Assembly (NCBI GenBank): GCA_040954595.2
Contig: CM082578.2
Location: forward strand, 8,107,519-8,171,518
Direction of reading: 5' to 3'
Source: Balanoglossus misakiensis
Taxonomy: Eukaryota > Animalia > Hemichordata
Length of the DNA: 64,000 nt
The notes beneath the pieces are model-generated. The model had not been told where the DNA came from and made no database searches. It saw nothing but the letters and a program-made list of their open reading frames with translations. A program made the position numbers and the translations under genes. Each line of letters starts with the position of its first letter. The stretch's first letter is position 1. This document shows, in pieces, positions 54,170 to 64,000 of this stretch.

Positions 54170-57100
54170 ATGGCCACGACACAGGCAGCAGCGGCTAGGC
54201 TGTTGGACAGTCTACAGACGGACCTCAGAGCACTATCAAACGAAGCCAAGCGGAAATACCCGCCAGTGAAAGAGGTGAGAAATCTTAGGGCAGGTAGAAA
54301 AGCAAGGGGCATATTTATCGACCCCATGTTTAGTGTTTTGACGAACACTGTATACATACATGGTTTGCTTCATATGTTGAGGCGGGGCGTGTACACTGTA
54401 CAGCAAGAACTCCAACATACCCGCATTTGTAAATTTTAATAACACGTTCGTGTAGCTTCCAGCCTTTTCTATTTTTAGGTGTATTATTAGACTAATGGGG
54501 TATGCCAGAATGGGTAACTGGGTCTGCAAAACGACTATGGCTATGTTGGCAGTATCTGCCATATTCCAGTGTGTACAACAATTTTTTTTTTTGAAATGTA
54601 CATGTAGCATTCAATTGACATTTGATGATTTTTGGGATTGGCATGTACATATCACAATATTGTTGAATTGCATGTGTATTTAAAGGTACGTCATTTTCAT
54701 ATTGGCTTCAGGTCATATGCAGGGACGAGCAAGAGTAGACATGCTAGTCCCTCAACTAGTAGCATCAACATGTTGCTCATCTCATCTGTTGTGTTCCTGG
54801 ACTCCTGTGAGTCAGTATATTCAAATTCTGATCAGTAAAATATCACTAGTCTGTCAGGCCAGTATCAGCAAACTAAGCCTTTGCCCAGCTGTGACAACTG
54901 TTAACCCCTGGACTGGTGGATTGCCCACCTCTTATTCTGATTACTTGTGTGATGTGGACTGTTAATTTTCATTGCCAAAACAGTTCAATTTTAAGTCTTT
55001 CACCCCCAGTTCCCTCTTTAGAGGGTCCAACCTTACCATAGAAAACAATGGGTTTGGACTGAACCATGATGGTGAAAGGGTTAAATGATTTAGTCTTTGC
55101 TCAAAAATTGCAAATACTCTTACATAGCTTTCTCACCGAAAGATGAGTGTCAACTAATAAATACTAAACTGTTAAATATTAAAATCTAATGTGTAAGCTT
55201 TTAAAAATATAAAAAGTTAATATTGTTGGGGAAACATTAAAATGTTTTGAACATGTTATAATAATTTTCTACCATAATGTTGGTTAGCATTGATGATGGA
55301 AGGTTTCTTTATTGGATTTGTAAAGAGAGTTACATAACTGCAAACCCCTGTTTCCAGTCAATGCAGAACAATAGCAAAACAATTTGGTTCTGTTTTGTAT
55401 TATAAATGCACTTTTCAAATAAATCTGTTTAACGATTTTGCCCTTGAAATGAAAATGTTTTTTTTTTTCTTTTCTTAAACAGGCGGCAGAAGCTGGTATA
55501 TTGAAGATCAAAACATTAATGGCAAAGAACAAGGATATCATACCAGGTATTAGGCATGTGGGCATTTTAAATATTGTAACCCTGAACAGTCTATCATTTC
55601 TGTCAAAAACAGTCATGATAATGACCAGGATATTATGTTCAGGATTTTTTTACTGTTGTGGGTATGCCTTAAGCAAAAAGTTTCAAATTGATGGACAAGA
55701 GGCTTTATAACATTTTTATACAGTGCCTATCCCAGCAAATTTAGTGATATGTTCATCCTTTATTGAACCTACTCTTTGGGCTCTATCATAAAACTTAATT
55801 ATGAATATTCATAACTTGTGTTGTGATTTCAGTCAGTTATTTAAATTGTATTCATTAGTTCATTTACATGATGTAAGTAGGGATGAGCCTTTTAGAGATC
55901 TTTCTTGCTGTTACTTTGAAGATACATGCATGCAGATGAAAAGTCTTCATTTTCATATCTCACCGCATTTATTTTCAGCTTTGGTGGCCTGCAGTGGTGA
56001 AATCTTACAGCCATTCTTGCTGGGCTGTGACACAAAAAATATCAAAATAGTTCAAATTTGTTTGGTGTCTGCACAGAAACTAATAAGTTATGAAGCCTTA
56101 TCAGAGGTAAGTGCAATCTCCAAACTTTATTGCCTGTACATTGACTGAACAGAAAGTGTGGGGAGGGTTCAGATGTTATAAGTCTCATGTGTAAAGAGAT
56201 ATTAATTAGAGGAAAACAGTGTGGTTCCATTTACCAGAACATATTGTATGTACGGGTACTCTTTGGTGCTAATGTGTCTGTGTTTTGGACCCAACATCAA
56301 TGGTCAACTGTACATCTCTGGGACTTCAAAGAAAGAAAAGAAAATCATGTGAATTTGTTTTCTCATTTTCAACCAGAACATATATCGTAAACGTTTCACA
56401 GACAGCAGAAGACAAAGAATTCATATTTTATTTCCTCAGGTTGCTGCTCGGAATGTTGTAAATATGTTGTGGAGTCTGATGGAAAGTGGAATTGAAGAAG
56501 TGAAGGTGTTGCAGACGCTGCTTGTTTTGCTGACAACAAGTCATATCGTGAAGGGGGACATACTCGCAAAGGTTTGCAGAATAATTTATGTGGATCATCT
56601 TTTGGAGCTGCAAGGGAAAGTTCCCTTATGAGACGAATAAAAAAAAATTATCAGTTGATAAACTGTGAATTACACAAAGCAAAATGATGTATTTCTAACA
56701 TCGTCTGTTTATCTTTTGCCAGGCGATTGTGATTTGCTTCCGGTTGCATTTCTTCAAAGACAGCACTACAAGTAACACAGCTTCTGCTACAGTGAGGCAA
56801 GTGGTGACCATCGTCTTTGAGAGGGTCATCAGTGAAGATGAAAGCATTAAAGGTAGGAACAGGCCAATTAATGCCAAAGACCCATATTTTGTGAACTTGT
56901 CAGTTTACAACAGTACTGAACATATGAGCTTTGAAAACTTAACTTTTATTTAGGCCTTCATAACTCGAGCATGTTTACAAATGCCAGTACTAAAATTCCC
57001 ACACGATCAAGTGGACAGATACCTTGAATCTAGCATTTCTACTAATGTGATACACTATCTTCCACTGTAAAATGTAGTGATGAAAGTTTTACAAATTTGA

Positions 57101-60100
57101 AGTGTTTGCAAGCCCTTTGAATGAAAGTACATAAATTTCCTACTTTATGGTCAAAGGCCCGATAGCATTGTAATGATGTAAAATATGTTGACTTTGCACA
57201 ATATGTTAGTATTTTAATGTGATCTGAAAGACAGCGGAGGCAGACTTCTAATCCAGGCCTGTTCTTATTGTACCAGGTGCTGAAAAAGCTGAAGTCGATA
57301 TGGAAAGCCAGAAAGCTGGCAGTAAATCAGCACCACCATCTCTATACCCATGTGCAACTGATGCCTATTTACTGTTTCAGGTAAAATCACAAGACGTGCA
57401 TTCATGTCTTATTCATTTTATCAACAATAACAATAGCTGCTGTTACATGATTGTGTACAATAGCATTAAGAACACGAAATTTCAACATTCTGTATGAAGT
57501 ACATGTAGAACAAACGGTACATAGTTGACACACAGAACATGAATATTGAAAAAGTAAACACAAGTTACAGCTAGTGCCCCCTTTAACTGTTTTCAAAGTC
57601 AACCATACAAGAAAAAAACCCTGAGTGCATCATTGATATATGCATTTGTACATAATACTGAAGGGTTTAGTGCCAGCATTACCTTGGGAAATGTTTCTTC
57701 TTGTGTTATCAGGACTTATGCTACTTGGTGAATGCAGATCAACCTTATTGGTTAGTTGGTATGACAGAGATGACCCGAACTTTTGGTCTGGAGTTGTTAG
57801 AATCTGTTCTCAATTCTTTCTCTCAGGTTTTCCTTCAGGTGAGTCCAACTTTTACTCAAATATTGTCAGATATTTCTTTTTTTGATCTCCACAGTATCTC
57901 ATTTTTGAGAACATTTTTGTGATGAGATCGGATGTATCTATTGTAATGGGAGCTTATGGGATTACATGCTGTCTATGTTTGTCGGTCCATACAAAAACCA
58001 TTGAGAATTGACGGGTTGTAGAGGAGGGATTACATGTATGTTCACATGATCAATGTGACCGTTTCAGAAAACGTGCTTTGACTTAAAAGTGTGTAAATAG
58101 TCAAATGACAAAAACTGAGGAAGAGTCAGTCAGATTTTTTTTTTTGAAATCTGCTGACCTGACCAGACCTGGCATGTAATGAGTTGTTAGCAATGACGTA
58201 TTGCCAATCAGAATCAGAATGAGAATGAATGTCACTTACGCTAGTTTCCCGTGTATAGATTGGCCGAGGTAGAGATGGTTATTTCTTTAGCAATTTGTAC
58301 TTATTCTGACTTATTTGTGATTTTCAACGACCTTTCCTGATCATACAGATGAATTCTTGTTCCATTTTCCATTTTTCAGCATGATGAATTCAGTTTTCTG
58401 CTGAAAGAGCGTGTGTGTCCACTGGTCATCAAATTATTTTCTCCAAGCATCAAGTACAGACAAGGTCTGCCCAACCCACCGTCTCCATCGCCAGTTGAGA
58501 AACCTTACTTTCCAATATCAATGAGGTTACTGAGAGTGGTCAGTGTTCTAATCCAGCTGTACTACAGTGTATTGGTGAGTAGTCAAGTCTGCTTATGTAG
58601 GATTTTTGGGGGGTGGGGGGGGAGAGGGGTATGTACTCTTGTTTTCTTTCATGAACCCTGTAAGAACCATGATGAGCTATGTCCAGAGTTGTTTGTCTTC
58701 AGGAAGCAAATGAAGTTCTAAAGCTGTACAATCACTTTGAATTTTACTATGTATGCCTATATATGGTCAAGAGGGGCATATCTAAATGTTCTCATGACCA
58801 TGAACTGGCAAGTTTTTTTTTTGTGTGGCCCCCCAAGTGAAAATCAGCGATTGGTTAAATGACCAGCATCCGTGGCATCTGTGGCTTAGATTTACAAGGG
58901 TGACCGAGTCTTGTCAAGAATACTTGTCTGAAGTTGTTATGTTTAAACTTCATTGCATGATTCTAAATTTTCTGTTCATTCTCTTCAGATTACAGAGTGT
59001 GAAATCTTCCTGTCCCTTCTGGTGAAGTTTCTTGACGGTGACAAGCCTATGTGGCAGAGAGCACTGGCCATGGAAGTTCTCAATAAAATATGTGTGAAAT
59101 CCCAGCTTCTGAGGTTAGTGTCATATCTATCAACACAGGGCTTTTGGTAAAAAAATCAAATGCAATACAGTTGTTAAAAGGGACTAAATGGGGGGTTGAA
59201 AGAGTTAAACAAAGCAGAGGCTTTGTGATTTTTTTTGTTTTATTGTATGTGGTGTATTCGTTGTCTTTCCAACAGATCGTTCTGTGAAAATTACGACATG
59301 AAGGAACATGCATCCAAGGTGTTCCGCGATATTGTAAACGGATTGGGTTCATTCATCCAGTCAATGTTCGTCAGTCCTATGCCGGATAGAAACGTAACAC
59401 AAACAGGTAGGAGGATGCTGTATAAAACTGATTGTGTAGTAAACCCATTGTAAAATAGGGCACATGACAACAGGAAGAAATGGCAAGGATTATGATAGAA
59501 AATACTGAAATTTCCACTTCCGCGAAAGCCAGAAAAACACAAAAATATACTGTAAAACGGGTTATTTTCGCAACAGGAAATTTTTGCGATATCAAAATAG
59601 GCAACTGTTGCACGAGGATTAATCAGTATCTCCGAAAAAAAATTTACGCGACTTTTTATTGTCTGGTTAATTTGACTCTTGCGTATTTCGTGGAAATTTA
59701 TTGTCCCGTTTGACAGAATAGTCACGAATTTTGACAATGCAGTTAGTGAATGCAGTTAGTGAAATAAAAGAACGCGAAAATTACTTGTCGCGGAATAGTC
59801 ACCTCTGTAGCTTGTAATTACTTCTTCTGATGGTTCTTCTCCTTCATTTAACCACTGCAGTGACTGGAGGTGCAGCGTCTATCCAACATCCGGGCAGTGC
59901 AGGACAAACCATGATGGGCAATCTCCATGTGGGTGGAGGGGTGACACCGCAGCCTGCGTTTGTCAACAGGGGCATTTGGATTCCCTTGGTGCAGGTTTCG
60001 TCACTAGCAAAACCCACATAGTAAGTTAAAAATCTATTTCTTTCTTTGATTATGTGACTGAATATGAACAGTTTTGTCATGCTTATAAAAAAATTCCGAA

Positions 60101-63100
60101 AATTCTCAAATTTAATAACATTGCTTATTCAAAAAAAATTGTGGTTCCGATAACCCAACCAAGTCTATTTTAAACCTGCTGATCCTAAACTTTTAACGGA
60201 TATGTCAACACAGAAGTTAAAAAAAATGTAGGCAAATTACCGGTACACAAGTCTTGGAATCTATAAACCAAAGACGTTTTGATAAACTTTAAATTTATTT
60301 TCCTATCTACCTACCCTATTTCTGAAAAGCATGTTATCGGAACCACACAATGATTTTCTTTTTATTTGGCCTTATCATTTACATCTATGATTTTTTTCTG
60401 TGCTATTTCAGTTTAGAAATGCTAGAGAAGACGGACCCCCCACTTTGCACAATCCAGGATGGATACGCAATGTCTGTTGGTTTCAACTGTCTTCTGGATA
60501 TTGTGAAAGGCGTGTCTACAGTGATAACCACCGAACTTGAAGCGGAACAGGCAAGACAAGAGAAGCAGCAGGATGCAGAGAGTCAAGAGGCGCAGATGGA
60601 TTTTGTCATGAGAACTGATCGAGAACAAATTGAACTGTGGGAATGTCTCATAAATTCTTCATGGTGTGGGGTGTTACCATCGCTAGCCCTACTGCTTGAT
60701 GCCAGGTAAGGCGTGATAATCTCTCAACTCAATGTCATCCAACTATCCAGAATTTGATTTATTTTATTGAACATCATAGCACTGCAACATTTGAGAATTG
60801 TTCAATTATGTTGCACTATTCCCTTGATTCTTTGACGCAAAAAATGCCATGGAAACGATTCTTTGACTGAGAAATAGCTCACATGCTCTTTTTTCAATTT
60901 GAACACCACAGTACTGATGAGACTGCCACAGAGTCTATTTTGAAGTCAATGCAAGTGTACGCCAGTCTGTGCGGCAAGCTGAATCTCAACATTCCAAGAG
61001 ATGCCTTCATCACATCCCTCTGCAAAGCATCACTGCCCCCACATTATGCCTTGACAGTTCTCAATATCCAGTCAACTGCACCGGCGACCCCAAGCACTAG
61101 AGGTATTAGTGTCAGTCGTTTCTAGAGTGAGAGAATATGAATGAAAAATGACACACTGCCAGAGAAAGTTTGTTGACTCATCTGTGAATGATTAGGCATC
61201 ATGTTACCCAATTCAAAGAGCCACCAAAATTTGAAACTGCTGCAACATGGAGCTTGATATACGGTAGTGTTGGTTTTCAGCCAACTGGTATGTAGAAGAA
61301 CCAAACCAGTGGTGACCAGACAGTCTTTTATTGTGCATTGGTCACAAAACTTCACAACTTTGCTCCCAGACAGCAGGTATGCAGACGGTTATTCCATGCA
61401 CCTGAATATTTAGTACATTCAAATTCATTTACCACGTGCATGTATCTTTTATATGGAATCAGGCCACAAACGTACCTCGAGCAGGGACAATGTACTGATG
61501 GGATACACAGAGAGTGGAGCATCAGAAAACACAGATGGACGGAACCAGGTGGTGGCTGTGGGCACCCCTCTTCCCACTGTGCTTGGGGCTCAGCAGGGAC
61601 CTGTAATGGTGAGTACCTGTATAGGTGTGTTTGGGAATAAATAGACAAACAATGTCTGAGGTATTGTCAGTGTAACATACATGTGGCTGTTCAACTCTGC
61701 CACTACAATGTTTTGGTCCAAATCCAATGCTTTCTTTGCTAAAGTAGGATATCTGCAGAGGGAATTAAGGGTGAAAGGGTTAGGGTTATGTTTGTGTTGA
61801 AGCAAATGTAAAAAGTTAAGATGTGCATTGATTGTCAAAATTGTCCAGTGACATTTTTTATTGATGACAAGTTTTAATACATCTAAAAAAAATTGCATCT
61901 GAACTATAGTTTCATCAACATTCAAACTTTCTTGAACATAGATACAGAAGATTCTCATTGATGGTGACTTGACAATGAAAAAGGTGACAAAACTTCATAT
62001 GCTTTTTATGCTCCCATGCCATATTTATATGGCAGGGGGGATATTGATATAGTTGGAAAAGTGTCTATATGTATTGTATTCTGTCTGGTTCTGATATGTT
62101 GACAGTTGACTGCCAAGAACCTGCAGTGCATGCGTGCCATACTGAGCGTCGCCCACTGCCACGGCGGGATCCTGGGAACCGCTTGGCACCTCGTCCTGAG
62201 CACCCTGCAGCATCTGACGTGGATCCTGGGACTGAAACCGGCCAGTGGGGGCAGCCTGAAAGTGGGTGGTGCTGCCGATGGCCCCAATGCTGTCATCACG
62301 ACGGCCGTGATGGCTGAGTTGCCCATTCTCTCGGCCATGCTGTCCAGGTTGTTTGAGAGCTCTCAGTACCTGGACGACGTGGCTCTCCATCATCTGATCG
62401 ACGCTTTGTGCAAACTCTCCAGCGAGTCGATGGAACTGGCGTATGCTAACAGGGTAAGTGAGTCAACTGAAGTTTCACCCGTTGTAATCCGAACTTGTTT
62501 GTGTTTGGATGCTCGATAAAGTGTAGGCTTTGTCCTTTTTCAAAAAATATCTTGCAAGAGCGCTTGTGTAGTATCAGAAACAAAAGTTATGCCAGAATTG
62601 TCCCTCCACCACAAGAGGGCGCTCAGACTTTTCTAGCGGGCACAAGCTTGCTTTTATTGACGCCAGTGTTACTGCCTTTTAATACATGTAGTTTATACAC
62701 CTGCTGTGCTTTCATTGACATCTATTCCTGGATAAGTATTTGCCCAAGTCGATTAATTGATTTATTCAAGAGAAATATCATGGACCTGGAAAGTCTGCCT
62801 TGATTTGAACCAACTTATTTGGATCCCAGTGTAATTTCGTACTACATGTATTACAAGAAAGGATGTGATCATTAACTTGTTTTGTTTGTTTGCTTTATTT
62901 CTTTATTTGTATTTTCAGGAGCCCTCACTGTTTGCTGTGGCCAAGTTGCTGGAGACAGGCTTGGTAAACTTGCCACGCATCGAAATCCTATGGTCGCCCG
63001 TAACTGGCCATCTTCTGGAAGTGTGCCAACACCCACACCTGAGAATGAGAGAGTGGGGAGCAGAGGCTGTAACTGCTTTAGTTAAAGCAGCAATGGCCTA

Positions 63101-63565
63101 TAAATATGAACAAGAGCTGCATGAGAACCTGGTGAGATATGATTTTGATGGATGTGGTAGCAGGTCACAGATGGGCATATTGAAAATAATAATGTTAAGG
63201 CTGAGAGAAAAAATATTGTTTGTCAGAATTTTTTGGCAAAGGACCGGAATTTTTTTTACTGATCACTGAGATTGTGCAATACTTCCCTTACAAAGAATTC
63301 AACATTACTAAAATAGGATTGCTGCAACTAGTCTGCACCGAATTTCTTCAGAATTGGTAATATGCCTGTATGTACATTGTACTTTGCAGAGATTGCAGAC
63401 CATGTTGCTGTCACCCCTGCAAGAGTTATCGGCAGTTCCTCATGCAGATATCCGTCAGAAGCAGTTGGAATGTGTTCTGCAGGTGATCCAGGATAGTGGA
63501 GAAACCTTGGAACACGGCTGGCCGCTGATACTGGAAGTCATTGGAGCAGTCACCAAGGATCAAGG
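54170..63565 (+). CDS. MON2: MON2 (Arf-GEF-like endosome-Golgi trafficking protein), 5' part; continues beyond window
   Basis: Exons 54170-54274 ([21 protein letters not shown]), 55483-55546, 55979-56106, 56440-56571, 56723-56852, 57277-57380, 57713-57838 ([30 protein letters not shown]), 58380-58574 ([15 protein letters not shown]), 58989-59113, 59276-59406, 59861-60020, 60412-60705, 60912-61102, 61463-61608, 62106-62453 ([13 protein letters not shown]...[11 protein letters not shown]), 62919-63131 ([17 protein letters not shown]), 63390-63565. Confidence 0.96.
54991..55084. mobile_element. Short TTAA-bounded inverted-repeat element (MITE-like)
   Basis: TTAAGTCTTTCACC ... GGTGAAAGGGTTAA. 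Diverged second copy in the opposite orientation at ~61690-61782. Confidence 0.65.
59549..59811. mobile_element. MITE-like element, same family as 16510-16714
   Basis: ACTGTAAAACGGGTTATTTTCGCAACAGGAAATTTTTGCGATATCAAAATAGGCAACTGTT aligns with the reverse complement of the right end of the 16.5-kb copy. The right end is degraded and approximate. Confidence 0.6.
60140..60347. mobile_element. Inverted-repeat-bounded intronic element (MITE-like)
   Basis: Perfect 15-bp inverted repeat TGTGGTTCCGATAAC (60140-60154) / GTTATCGGAACCACA (60333-60347). Confidence 0.6.
61690..61782. mobile_element. Diverged copy of the TTAA-bounded short element
   Basis: Aligns by eye along its length with the reverse complement of 54991-55084. 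Confidence 0.55.
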
Positions 63566-64000
63566 GTGGGTTCTGTTCATCCGGAAAACTACATTCCTAG
63601 ATGTCAATGAGATACAGTAATTGATTGTTCGGTTTGACAATTTAATGTGTCCACTCGGCCAAATCCACATATCCGGAAAAAAGAAAGCTTTATTGGCGCT
63701 GTTAAGTCTCAAGCATGCCTTCATTCACACTGACTTATATCACGCAAGCGCACGTGTACACACACACACACATACACATGTTCAGATAAATCCATTGCTG
63801 TACTGGGTAAACAGTCTCTTGTAAATTTAGAAAGTTGCATTCAAAATGAATGTTTTCTTAAAGGGGCATGTGTTATGCATGACTGACCCATTGTTTTCCA
63901 TTTGTTTCCCAACAAACAGTTTTATGCATAGACAAAAAAATCTATTGTTTATATCTATTGTAATGCCCATGTCAACAAATATTGGCCTTTAATGCGTTCA

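Overview
AT-rich, intron-containing animal genomic DNA, probably a marine invertebrate (species not determinable from sequence alone). I reconstructed exon chains by hand for seven host genes: MTMR14 (+, 5' part outside the window), RAB29/Rab7L1 (-), an unnamed 281-aa death-domain adaptor (+), an amino-acid-type SLC6 transporter (-), an intronless Tctex1-domain dynein light chain (+) preceded by a perfect RFX X-box, RhoA (-) and MON2 (+, runs off the end). The most unusual object is a 4.9-kb DIRS1-like tyrosine-recombinase retrotransposon (9263-14179). It has perfect 125-bp ITRs, an internal complementary region and intact gag and YR ORFs. Its pol ORF appears to have lost catalytic blocks of RT, RNase H and the methyltransferase-like domain while both overlapping frames stay open. 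One deletion junction is filled with a copy of gag sequence, and gag and YR are in one frame separated by a single TGA. Small MITE-like elements and tandem repeats are scattered through introns. No rRNA, tRNA or CRISPR array was recognised.
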